Positions 1 to 15,996 of a stretch of 15,996 nt of DNA are shown in pieces. Source of the stretch: Candidatus Heimdallarchaeota archaeon (GTDB lineage Archaea > Asgardarchaeota > Heimdallarchaeia > Heimdallarchaeales > Heimdallarchaeaceae); NCBI GenBank assembly GCA_030607575.1, contig JAUWJS010000054.1, forward strand, positions 1 through 15,996. The letters are read 5' to 3'. The position numbers and the translations under genes are program-made. A model generated the notes under the pieces. It was not told the origin of the DNA. It made no database searches and saw only the letters and a list, made by a program, of their open reading frames with translations. Position 1 is the stretch's first letter. Each line of letters opens with the position of its first letter.

Positions 1-387
1 AAGCATAATACATGGAGCTATTTTTGTTTTTGTACTCTCCTTGCTAATGTTCCATGGGTCTTGTTTTAAGAATTTATCAAAATCGAATGCATTATTGTAA
101 GCTGTAACAAACTTTCCTGAAAGAATTTGTCGTACTTCTTCAACTACAGTAGGCAATTCCTTTTCTGCATTTTGTATTTCATCAACTGATAGAACACCTT
201 TTCTGAATATCCATGAGTTGAGTAAGTTATCATTCCATGTGCTTGTGTCATAATGAATTATTGAGTGGTACACTTGGGTTATTTTCTGTTTTACTACATT
301 TGCACGCATTATGGCAATTTCAACAACAAGATCTTTAGGTGATCCTTCAAGACCAGTGGTCTCAATGTCCAAGACATAGATATCCAT
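1..387 (-). CDS. DEDDh-type 3'-5' exonuclease (DnaQ/epsilon-like), N-terminal part; 3' end runs off the window
   Basis: Own translation of the reverse strand from ATG at 387: MDIYVLDIETTGLEGSPKDLVVEIAIMR...GKFVTAYNNAFDFDKFLKQ... DIETTG matches the Exo I motif and AYNNAFDFDKFL the Exo II motif. The frame stays open to position 1, so it has no stop in the window and is absent from the ORF track. Confidence 0.75.
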   Translation of the reverse strand, partial: MDIYVLDIETTGLEGSPKDLVVEIAIMRANVVKQKITQVYHSIIHYDTSTWNDNLLNSWIFRKGVLSVDEIQNAEKELPTVVEEVRQILSGKFVTAYNNAFDFDKFLKQDPWNISKESTKTKIAPCIML

Positions 388-472
388 TAAGATAAGAAAA
401 TTAATTACTCCTTTAAGTTTTTACCCCTCCCTTAAGAAAGTGAAGAATTTAGGAAGTATACTTTGATTTTCT

Positions 473-1003
473 TTAATCGTGATATTTCTTCATACCAGCA
501 AGTATAGGAATCTGAAGAACATTTTCATCTGGTGTATAAGAGCAGTTCCAATTGTCATTATAAGCACATAAAGGATTATAAGCTGTATTGAAATCAACCA
601 AATATTTTTCCTTTGAAATCTTCTCTATTTCTACATATCTTCCTATTTTATAAGACTCCTTACCAGTAGTTTTGTCTTTGAATGGAAGGAAGAGATAATC
701 ATCTTCAATTGGTTTGAAAATAGTAAGCATATTCATCTGACCATCAATCTCAAATTCAATATAACCAAAACGAATGTATTTTCTTTTATCGTCTTTAGTA
801 GTAGGGATTGTTATTTCACTCTGATATTCAAATTGCTTCATATCTACTATGAATTCATACTTTTTATCAATTGGAAAATAGGCTAATCCTTTGAAATCTA
901 GTTTTTGTTCATGAGTTAGAGGGGAATTTGGAGATTTTTGGAAAATTATATCATTTCGTTCTCTAATTCTCTCTACTTTTTCCTTATGGGTTTTCTCTAC
1001 CAT
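473..1003 (-). CDS. DUF1684 family protein
   Basis: ORF 473..1048. The pattern FKGLAYFPID...LPFKDKTTGKESYKIGRYVEIE...DFNTAYNPLCAYNDNWNCSYTPDENVLQIPILAG is the characteristic DUF1684 signature. The track start at 1048 is a TTG, so I prefer the ATG at 1003 (MVEKTHKEK...). Confidence 0.8.
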   Translation of the reverse strand: MVEKTHKEKVERIRERNDIIFQKSPNSPLTHEQKLDFKGLAYFPIDKKYEFIVDMKQFEYQSEITIPTTKDDKRKYIRFGYIEFEIDGQMNMLTIFKPIEDDYLFLPFKDKTTGKESYKIGRYVEIEKISKEKYLVDFNTAYNPLCAYNDNWNCSYTPDENVLQIPILAGMKKYHD

Positions 1004-1386
1004 AAAAGTAAGAGAAATCTGCTCTTTTTTAATAATACGCTTGAACAAATATCAAACCTTTATAATTTATTCTGGTTTAAAGTTCTTGTTTATAATTTCG
1101 AATATTTCATTTGCTATCTTTTGAGAACAACCAGAACCATTTTCAATTTTTTTCAACTCTTATTTACCCATCTTGGGGATTTTCACTCCAATAAATAACT
1201 TTGCAGCAAAGTTACCTTCTTGAAAGTGCATCTTTCTTGGAAGAGCATGAAAAATGGTAATTAGATAAATGCAACTTTGTCATTTAAAAAATTGCATCTG
1301 AACCATTATTCTCCCTTATTCTCAATCATTACTTCTTATTATTGTAACATCGTTAATATAATAAGCGTGGATTTTAATGTTAGTTC

Positions 1387-1842
1387 ATGCAAGAAGAAAA
1401 CGTACGAACTGGGTGGTTTTTTAGAGATTCAGAACCTCCAAATGATAATTCTTATTATGAAAATATGACTAGATGTGTTTTTCAAGCAGGTTTAAGCTGG
1501 AAGCTAATTTCTGATAGGTGGCCTAATTTCAAAAAAGCTTTCAAAGATTTCAACATAAAAGAAGTAAGTAAGTTTGATGAAGACGATATTGGAAGACTAT
1601 TACAAGATTCAGGAATAATAAGAAACAGAGCTAAGATTGAATCAGCAATTATCAATGCAATAGTCTTTTCAGAGATTAAGGAAGAGTATGGATCCTTTAG
1701 AGATTTCATGGATAATTTAGATGCATCTGAGAATTACAAGCATATCAAAAAAGAACTATCGAAACGTTTTGAACGAATGGGTCCTAAAACATCCATGATA
1801 TTTTTGTATAGTATTGGTGAAAATATAAAACATGAAGGTTAG
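1387..1842 (+). CDS. DNA-3-methyladenine glycosylase I (Tag) family protein, divergent
   Basis: 151 aa. The core FQAGLSWKLI...FKKAF..F....V..F.EDDI.RLLQDSGIIRNRAKIESAIINA......EYGSF.DF matches the Tag/Adenine_glyco HhH fold. The N- and C-terminal Zn-ligand positions of E. coli Tag are not conserved. Confidence 0.75.
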   Translation: MQEENVRTGWFFRDSEPPNDNSYYENMTRCVFQAGLSWKLISDRWPNFKKAFKDFNIKEVSKFDEDDIGRLLQDSGIIRNRAKIESAIINAIVFSEIKEEYGSFRDFMDNLDASENYKHIKKELSKRFERMGPKTSMIFLYSIGENIKHEG

Positions 1843-1864
1843 TGCTTAGAAATTACTATCTTCA

Positions 1865-2293
1865 TTAAGCTAAGAATACTAAAATTACAAAATCTATTAT
1901 CACTAAAGCAAATGTTAGAATTGCTGATATAACTAATACAATTAGTAACATTTTGTAATTCTTTTTACCATAAATACCAATGGCGTTAACGATTGCATAC
2001 AATATTAACCCCATTGCAAATAGAAATAAATAGAGTCCCCAAGTTAATTGTAAGATTAACGCAATCCCCCCAACAATAGCTAGTATGGACATAATAAACT
2101 CTGCAATAACATGGTACAATCTTTCAAATGGATGTTCTATAAATCGAATTCCTTTTTTTCTAAGTAATACTATGATCCAGAGTGAAGCTGTTATAGTACC
2201 AGCACTAATTGAGAAAATACCTGATATTATTTCCAGAACCATGATTCTTCTGTGAAATACTTTGTTATAATATTTTCTAAGAATTACAACCAT
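1865..2293 (-). CDS. Hypothetical integral membrane protein (about 4 TM helices)
   Basis: 142-aa ORF made of strongly hydrophobic helical stretches, on the same strand and 67 nt downstream of the nuo-like operon. No recognisable motif. The start could also be the internal MVLEIISG. Confidence 0.5.
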   Translation of the reverse strand: MVVILRKYYNKVFHRRIMVLEIISGIFSISAGTITASLWIIVLLRKKGIRFIEHPFERLYHVIAEFIMSILAIVGGIALILQLTWGLYLFLFAMGLILYAIVNAIGIYGKKNYKMLLIVLVISAILTFALVIIDFVILVFLA

Positions 2294-2360
2294 TTTGAAA
2301 ATCTAATGCCAATAAAGTCTAAAGTTAAAATAAAGAAAAAGAGGAAAAAGGAAAAATAGA

Positions 2361-3875
2361 CTAAACTATAAGTGCTATTTTGCTCACAATTAAGTCTGGC
2401 CATAGACCAAGAACTATTAGAACAACTGCAATTAAAGCTAAAGCCATTTTTTCGAATATTGGAATTTTTATTTTGCCTGTATCTTTTGAGTCTGGCTCAT
2501 CGAAGAGCATTTTCTTGAGAATATATAGATATCCTCCTAAAGCTAGTAAGGAGTTAATGATAGCCATAACAACCAACAAAATGCTGTTGATAAACATCAA
2601 AGGATTAACAGCATTGGCACCACCATTGAAAGTAGCGAGAATTACCATTAGTTTTGAAGCAAAACCACCTGTTATAGGAATACCTCCTAAGGATAGCAAG
2701 CCTATTGTTAGGACTGCACCAATAAAGGGTGATCTTCTTCCTATACCTTTCATGTCTCTGAGATCTCTTGATCCAAGTGTTGTAATTAGAACTCCACTGA
2801 GCAAGAACAGACCACCTTTACCTAAAGAGTGTGTAAGTATATGGAATACTGATGCTTGAACTCCTAAATTACCAGGAGCTAGAGAACCAATTCCGAGTAT
2901 GATGTAACCAAGGTGTACAGTGGTCGAGTATGCTAAGATTCTCTTGAAATCAACAATATCTTTACGCTTAAATTGAGAGAACACTAAGTAATTCCCCTCA
3001 ATCATAGTTAAGATACCTAACCAAGAGATAACAGCTCCGGCACCAGCGCTTAATACATCAGGAGTATATGCGAAGTATAAAGTTCTATAGATACCTATTG
3101 CACCAGCTTTAACAACGATTCCAGAAAGTAGTGCGGAAATAGTTGAAGGAGCTGAGCTGTGAGCATCTGGCAACCAGGCGTTCAAGAATAGCATAGCACC
3201 TGTTACTGCAAAGCCTGTTATGAACAGAGCGATTATTACTGCGGCTATAGCTGATGTACCACTAGCTTGTACTGCTATGGAAACGAGTTCAAAGTTCACC
3301 GAACCATAGAAACCGTATGTCAAAGCAGTAGCTAATAAAACCAACATACTTCCAGCAGTTGACATGATGAAGTATTTCATCGAGGCTTCCACTGCACCTC
3401 TTTTTGCTCTCTCAAAAGCTACCAGCACATAAGCACTTAGTGCAAACAGTTCCCATCCAACAAATAGTGTGATGAAATTGTTTGCCATAGTTACAGTGAT
3501 TAAACCAGTGAGCAAAGTGAAGATCAATGCATAGTAGTAACCAAGTCCATTTTTACCTTTCATGTAGTTAACACTGAATAGTACTACCATCCAGACAAGG
3601 AAGCTGAATATTGTGATTAACACTGCTTCGAGTTGCCCAAACCTTAGTAAATCTCCTGTTGTACTAGCAATGTAGTCTCTAAACGCAGGTACATAAGCTG
3701 AAATAAATCCTAGAACAAAGACACCTAACGCAATTATGTTAGCTAAAGCATGATTAACACAATCAGCTTTTATCTTCATTTTGGTTAAGAATTTCTTCAG
3801 TTGCTCAAATAGTGACAAGAGTATAGCACCTGCAATTGGTATAATCAAGATTAAGGATAGATATGTGTTCAACAT
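2361..3875 (-). CDS. Complex I antiporter-like subunit, NuoN/NuoM (ND2/ND4, MrpD) family
   Basis: 504 aa and polytopic. LFVGWELFALSAYVLVAFE and FHILTHSLGKGGLFLLSG are typical of the proton-conducting membrane transporter family. The ATG overlaps the nuoL stop (TAATG at 3873-3877). Confidence 0.85.
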   Translation of the reverse strand: MLNTYLSLILIIPIAGAILLSLFEQLKKFLTKMKIKADCVNHALANIIALGVFVLGFISAYVPAFRDYIASTTGDLLRFGQLEAVLITIFSFLVWMVVLFSVNYMKGKNGLGYYYALIFTLLTGLITVTMANNFITLFVGWELFALSAYVLVAFERAKRGAVEASMKYFIMSTAGSMLVLLATALTYGFYGSVNFELVSIAVQASGTSAIAAVIIALFITGFAVTGAMLFLNAWLPDAHSSAPSTISALLSGIVVKAGAIGIYRTLYFAYTPDVLSAGAGAVISWLGILTMIEGNYLVFSQFKRKDIVDFKRILAYSTTVHLGYIILGIGSLAPGNLGVQASVFHILTHSLGKGGLFLLSGVLITTLGSRDLRDMKGIGRRSPFIGAVLTIGLLSLGGIPITGGFASKLMVILATFNGGANAVNPLMFINSILLVVMAIINSLLALGGYLYILKKMLFDEPDSKDTGKIKIPIFEKMALALIAVVLIVLGLWPDLIVSKIALIV

Positions 3876-5710
3876 TAGACCATCACCACCAACAAAGTAG
3901 CTAAGACAATAAATATCGCTACCACTGATCCAAAGATCATGTTCCAGTTTATCTTACCAGTCTTGAAGAATGATAATTTTTGACCAATCCAGAAGACAGG
4001 TTTGACAAATACTAAGTTGTACAAGTGATCAATATAGAATCCGTTTGCTACAAAAGTTCTCAGGGCTTTGAAGACATTGATTTTTTCTACAAAACCTACT
4101 TCTGTTTGTCCTTTACCATAGAACAGATAAGCTAATCCTAACCCAAGAATGATTGCACCTATTGCGCATAAAAATGGCACCAGTACTACGTGAATTAGGC
4201 TATATCCTGTATCTCCTGTAAAGAAGTTACTAGCTGGGCCTTCAATTATGAAACCTGTAGCTACTACAAAAACTGCTAATATAGCTAGAACAATTCTCAT
4301 GATATACTTTGGTTTGTGCACCTGGGCTCCACGGTTCTTGCCATGGAATATCATCAAAAACATTCTTGCAGCATATAAAGTTGTTAAGAATGCTACTAAA
4401 ATACCTACGGTGAAAGTAAACCAATGCATTGAGGCACCATCAATTGCTGCTGCTTCATATGCAGCTGTTATTATCATTTCTTTGGAATAACCACCATTTG
4501 TGATAATTGGAATACCTATTAAACCGAGAACACCAACCAGCATGAATCCGTAAACCCAAGGTAGTTTCTTTCTCAAACCACCCATTTTCTTCATATCTCT
4601 TTCTTCTGCAATAGAATGAATTATTGCACCTGCTGATAAGAACAGTAGAGCTTTGAAGATTGAGTGGGATAATAAGTGCATCTGACCTGGTATTAGTCCA
4701 GTTCCATGATCCTCTCTTATTGTAAAGGCTAAGAACATATAGCTTAGTTGTGAAATTGTGCTGTATGCAAGAACTCTTTTCAGATCTGTCGTAACTAATG
4801 CACCAAATGCAGCAGCTACACAAGAAACTCCAGCTATTATCATTAGGGCAATGTAGAAGAATTCGCTATCCCAGATGGGTGAGAATCTAGCTACTAGGTA
4901 GATACCAGCCTTAACCATTGTTGCAGCATGTATTAGTGCTGAAACTGTAGTTGGACCTTGCATTGCATCTATATCAACTGTATCACCTGCACTCAACCAT
5001 GATTGCAATGGGAATTGTGCAGATTTTGTTATCGGAGCTAAGAGTAATAGAATACTCATAACAATCGGATAAGTTCCTCCAAGTGGTGTCGTTGTATCTA
5101 TGATCAATGGATTAGTTAAACCAAGTTTTTTGTTTTCGTAATACATCCAAGCTAAGAACGCTAAGAGACCAACATCTCCAATTCCTGTCATGATAAGAGC
5201 TTTAATTCCACTCTTTGCTGGTTTTTCTCCTTTGTCACCCTTCTTCATGTAGAAGTGTCCGATTAGGAAACAGGAACAAAGTCCTACAATTTCCCAGCCA
5301 AGGAATAAGAATACCATATCATGAGCAAGAACTAGTAATAGCATACCTCCAACGAACATTTGAATGAAGAACCAATATCTTGCTTTGTGTTTGTCTTCTT
5401 TCATGTATTCTATAGAGAAGAATGCAATTAGCATACTCAAGATTGATACAATTAGCACCATTAAAACAGATAATGAATCTAGATATATTCCTGATTTATT
5501 ATCGCCCCAATTTAGCCAATTTAAGAGATAGTAAGTTTCTCCTTTATAAGTACCAAATATCAAAATTGACATTATTGCTGATACTGCTATTGTAGATACG
5601 CTGAAGAAGTCTCTAACTGTTGGTAATTTCTTCAATAGTAATGATAGAAAAGAACCAATAATAGGAACTACTACAGAAATTATTGCAAATAGTATTATTG
5701 TTTGTACCAT
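3875..5710 (-). CDS. nuoL: Complex I subunit L-like (NuoL/ND5 family) with C-terminal lateral-helix region
   Basis: ORF 3875..5719. Motifs: GWEIVGLCSCFLIGHFY, HLLSHSIFKALLFLSAGAIIH, and the C-terminal NGFYIDHLYNLVFVKP followed by a last TM, as in NuoL. The track start at 5719 is a GTG. The ATG at 5710 is preceded by GAGGTGAT (reverse complement of 5715-5722), so I prefer it. Confidence 0.88.
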   Translation of the reverse strand: MVQTIILFAIISVVVPIIGSFLSLLLKKLPTVRDFFSVSTIAVSAIMSILIFGTYKGETYYLLNWLNWGDNKSGIYLDSLSVLMVLIVSILSMLIAFFSIEYMKEDKHKARYWFFIQMFVGGMLLLVLAHDMVFLFLGWEIVGLCSCFLIGHFYMKKGDKGEKPAKSGIKALIMTGIGDVGLLAFLAWMYYENKKLGLTNPLIIDTTTPLGGTYPIVMSILLLLAPITKSAQFPLQSWLSAGDTVDIDAMQGPTTVSALIHAATMVKAGIYLVARFSPIWDSEFFYIALMIIAGVSCVAAAFGALVTTDLKRVLAYSTISQLSYMFLAFTIREDHGTGLIPGQMHLLSHSIFKALLFLSAGAIIHSIAEERDMKKMGGLRKKLPWVYGFMLVGVLGLIGIPIITNGGYSKEMIITAAYEAAAIDGASMHWFTFTVGILVAFLTTLYAARMFLMIFHGKNRGAQVHKPKYIMRIVLAILAVFVVATGFIIEGPASNFFTGDTGYSLIHVVLVPFLCAIGAIILGLGLAYLFYGKGQTEVGFVEKINVFKALRTFVANGFYIDHLYNLVFVKPVFWIGQKLSFFKTGKINWNMIFGSVVAIFIVLATLLVVMV

Positions 5711-5715
5711 TTTTA

Positions 5716-6030
5716 TCACCTCTTCAATGTAGCCATCTCATCTGTATCCACGCTATGAGCATGGCGATAATTGTTGATGGCTATTGCTAAACCTACAGCC
5801 AATACAGCTGCACCAATAGCGATTGAAATCAAAGGAAAGATCTGTGCAAATCTTGTGAAGGTTGCATTTGCAATGTTGGCTCCCAAAGCAATAAATACGA
5901 CATTTACAGCTATTGTCATTATTTCAATCCCCATAAGAATCTTGATGAGATTTCTTTTTCCAAGTAATGCATACAAGCCTACACCGAATAAGACTATGCC
6001 TAGAATCAGTAAATGTAATTGTTCTATCAT
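5716..6030 (-). CDS. nuoK: Complex I subunit K-like (NuoK/ND4L)
   Basis: 104 aa with 3 TM helices. GLYALLGKRNLIKILMGIEIMTIAVNV matches the NuoK TM1-TM2 signature. ATGA overlap with the nuoJ stop at 6027-6030. Confidence 0.8.
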   Translation of the reverse strand: MIEQLHLLILGIVLFGVGLYALLGKRNLIKILMGIEIMTIAVNVVFIALGANIANATFTRFAQIFPLISIAIGAAVLAVGLAIAINNYRHAHSVDTDEMATLKR

Positions 6031-6526
6031 GCTTTTGTCTCCTCCTTGTGTTTCTTCTTATGATGAATAAACAATGATCCAATGCCTATAGATGTTGCAA
6101 AGAACACAACAGCTTGTAGTATCAAATCAGTTAATCTTTCTGTCCATAGAGCACGTAAGGAATCACCTGTAGTGCTTGTTCCGAGTGTAATACTAAGACC
6201 TGAAGTTACAACTGCCCAAATAGCTATTCCCATTAGAATGGCTACAATGACAAGTGCGATTACAGATCTTTTCCAGTCAAATGATTCATCTCTCTGTTTT
6301 TCTGTTAAAGCTACAACCACAACAAATAGTGCAGTAAAACCACCACCATATACTATGAGTTGTATCCACGCTAGAAATATAGCGTTAAGCGTCAGTAGCA
6401 ATACCCAGAGAAATAGATTCATAGCTATCAAACCAATTATAGAAAACATTAGTCGTCTGCATTCCAGTGCAAAGATTGCAGCTAGAATCGTTAGAATCAT
6501 GAATATATATATGCTTACTAAACTCA

Positions 6527-6527
<1 letters not shown>
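6027..6527 (-). CDS. nuoJ: Complex I subunit J-like (NuoJ/ND6)
   Basis: 166 aa and polytopic. WIQLIVYGGGFTALFVVVVAL resembles the conserved NuoJ TM3 block. Position between the A-like and K subunits. TAATG overlap with the upstream gene at 6525-6529. Confidence 0.7.
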
Positions 6528-7986
<1,459 letters not shown>

Positions 7987-8016
7987 CTATTTTATTATGC
8001 TTCTTGTTTACCTTAC

Positions 8017-8048
<32 letters not shown>

Positions 8049-8161
8049 CTGATTAAGAGCTAATTATTAAGTTTTATCGTGGGTAGTTGGGGAAAAAAAT
8101 TTGAATAAAACAGCTCTTAGTTAGAGTAAAAAACCAAAATGTGCTAAAAAGGCTGATTTTG

Positions 8162-11623
<3,462 letters not shown>

Positions 11624-11634
11624 GATTTAATAGA

Positions 11635-11718
<84 letters not shown>

Positions 11719-11751
11719 GCAGGTCTTTCTTGTTTTTTGCATATTATTTTG

Positions 11752-11765
11752 AATTTAAATATTTC
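11752..11765 (-). promoter_or_regulatory. Candidate TATA-box region for tRNA-Ser
   Basis: AATTTAAATATTTC (+ strand) lies 34 nt upstream of the tRNA 5' end and is AT-rich and TATA-like. A near-identical motif recurs at 12741-12754. Confidence 0.35.
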
Positions 11766-11959
11766 TACTTGGTTTAATTATATCACGGGTTAAGCTTCTG
11801 CATTGCTTTACTATAAGAGGTTATCTCGATATATCTAAATTACTAACTGAGTTTTTATATCATTTTATTCAATATATTTTAAGAGGTAGTGTTCTAAGTG
11901 TCTCAAGTACATATTCAAAGACAAAAAGAAGTAAAAACTTACGATTTGCCTTTAAGTGT

Positions 11960-12659
11960 TTGAGCCTTTCACATAGGAAAGCAATTAATAGAAGAATTAA
12001 AGATTTGGAAGAATCTCAGGGACAGTTAATCAACAAAAAAACCGTTCAAGCAGCTCTACAATTGTTAAGATCAAGTCCCAAAGATCTATTCCCTAGAAGC
12101 AAATTGAGCAAAGCAATTAACAAAAGTCCAAATATAGCGGAAAGTGCTTTTCATTGGGTATTCATAGGAGTTAAAGGTAAGCTTGATAGAGAATAATAGA
12201 AGAAATAATATCCTTAAAGAGATAAAAAATAAACTACCACACTTTATTGCAGCGGTTCTAGTTAAAAACCAAAGTCAAATACTTTGTATTGAGGATTTAC
12301 ATATTAACCCTAAAGGATTAAAAGGAGTTTTGGCAAGAGCTTTTTACAACATGCCTGATGAAACAGATATCTTTGAAAAAGCTGTTCTGTTAGCTTCGAG
12401 TGTTCAAGGATTCAAGATTGATTTAGTTCGTGTTGATCCTAGAAATACAAGTAGATTGCATCATAAGTGCGGTAAGAAAACACAAAGAGAATTAAACAAT
12501 TTCGACTTTGCTTACTGTAGTAACTGTAAGGAAAGAATAAATATTCATTATAATTCAGCTAAAAACTTAGTCATAAAAGGTACAAAATACTTACAATCAT
12601 CTACTTTACCCTCATTGCACGTGAGGGTTTCGGGAACAATTCCGTCAAGTGACGTCTAA
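11960..12659 (+). pseudogene. TnpB-like (IS200/IS605 OrfB / IS1341-type) C-terminal remnant, frameshifted and N-terminally truncated
   Basis: ORF 12183..12659 carries the TnpB C-terminal pattern ILCIEDL (RuvC-II Glu), LARAFYNMP...FKIDLVRVDPRNTSRLHHKCG, CSNC (Zn finger) and INIHYNSAKNL (RuvC-III position). ORF 11960..12196 sits in a different frame and a short ORF 11898..11963 in a third. Neither long ORF starts with ATG. About 200 or more N-terminal residues, including the RuvC-I Asp, are missing. Confidence 0.6.
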
Positions 12660-12695
12660 TAACATAGAATATTAGACAAGCTTCATTTCGTGCAT

Positions 12696-12709
12696 TTGAG
12701 TATCTCGGC
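12696..12709 (-). repeat. Orphan copy of the tRNA-Ser 5' end (acceptor 5' strand + D-stem start)
   Basis: TTGAGTATCTCGGC matches 11705-11718 at 13 of 14 positions. The single difference (C12706 vs T11715) would restore a Watson-Crick pair at acceptor position 4-69. Confidence 0.55.
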
Positions 12710-12727
12710 TAGCTATTTTCTAATCTT

Positions 12728-12779
<52 letters not shown>

Positions 12780-12780
12780 T

Positions 12781-13059
<279 letters not shown>

Positions 13060-13077
13060 GTGTTTTAAGTTGGATTT

Positions 13078-13485
<408 letters not shown>

Positions 13486-13626
13486 TTATGAAAGTGCATT
13501 AATACTCACAATAATGGTTTTAAGTTTTTGTGATACAATAAGGAGAAATCGGGTATTTTAAGCAAATCTACTCATTATGAATTGACAAAAAAGTGATTTT
13601 ATTCATTTTTTAACATAAAACTTAAT

Positions 13627-14021
<395 letters not shown>

Positions 14022-14029
14022 ATAATAGT

Positions 14030-14762
<733 letters not shown>

Positions 14763-14812
14763 CCAATACGAATGATTATCACCTTTATTGTTATTTATTG
14801 ATTTGTTCTGTG

Positions 14813-14846
<34 letters not shown>

Positions 14847-14848
14847 AA

Positions 14849-15996
<1,148 letters not shown>

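Larger units (their letters stand above)
11719..12695. mobile_element. Possible remnant of an inserted element (TnpB-bearing) lying between two copies of the tRNA-Ser 5' end
   Basis: Bounded by TTGAGTATCTTGGC (11705-11718, tRNA 5' end) and TTGAGTATCTCGGC (12696-12709). The interior holds only decayed TnpB-like reading frames. No integrase or TnpA is present. Confidence 0.35.

Noticed and set aside
938-1468. ORFs 938..1198 (+) and 1277..1468 (+), plus a short - strand frame around 1075-1240 encoding ...NGSGCSQKIANEIFEI... interrupted by a TAA.
   Set aside because: They lie in the divergent intergenic/promoter region, overlap the ends of real genes, and are low complexity. The - strand fragment is too short and interrupted to assign.
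12560-12712. The idea that the orphan tRNA fragment at 12696-12709 is the guide portion of a TnpB omega-RNA targeting the tRNA-Ser gene.
   Set aside because: It is attractive because a guide would start just past the element's right end. But the TnpB is truncated, I cannot identify a scaffold structure or the element end, and the promoter-motif co-duplication is better explained by DNA duplication or recombination.

Overview
AT-rich, gene-dense window that looks archaeal: oligo-T terminators, TATA-like boxes, an archaeal-type MiaB-like methylthiotransferase, an OB-fold/winged-helix RPA-like protein and archaeal-looking 5S blocks. An Asgard/Lokiarchaeia-like origin is only a guess. Left to right: partial DEDDh exonuclease (-), DUF1684 protein (-), Tag-like glycosylase (+) and a small membrane protein (-). 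Next is a translationally coupled complex-I-like membrane-arm operon nuoH-A-J-K-L-N/M (-, 7980 down to 2361) with no NuoB/C/D/I genes in the window. Then come hypE-hypF (-) and tRNA-Ser(GCU) (-). A ~1 kb segment follows with frameshifted, truncated TnpB-like remnants, bounded by a second copy of the tRNA 5' end plus its promoter motif. After that is a 5S rRNA locus (+) whose conserved halves are in permuted order (3' half - UGCG - 5' half), bracketed by a perfect 10-bp leader/trailer stem and a T5 terminator. The window ends with a YccF-like protein (-), a DUF5752-like protein (+), an RPA32/Stn1-like OB+wH protein (-) and a partial radical-SAM methylthiotransferase (+). The permuted 5S locus is the item I consider most likely to be new. 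No CRISPR array or intact mobile element was seen.
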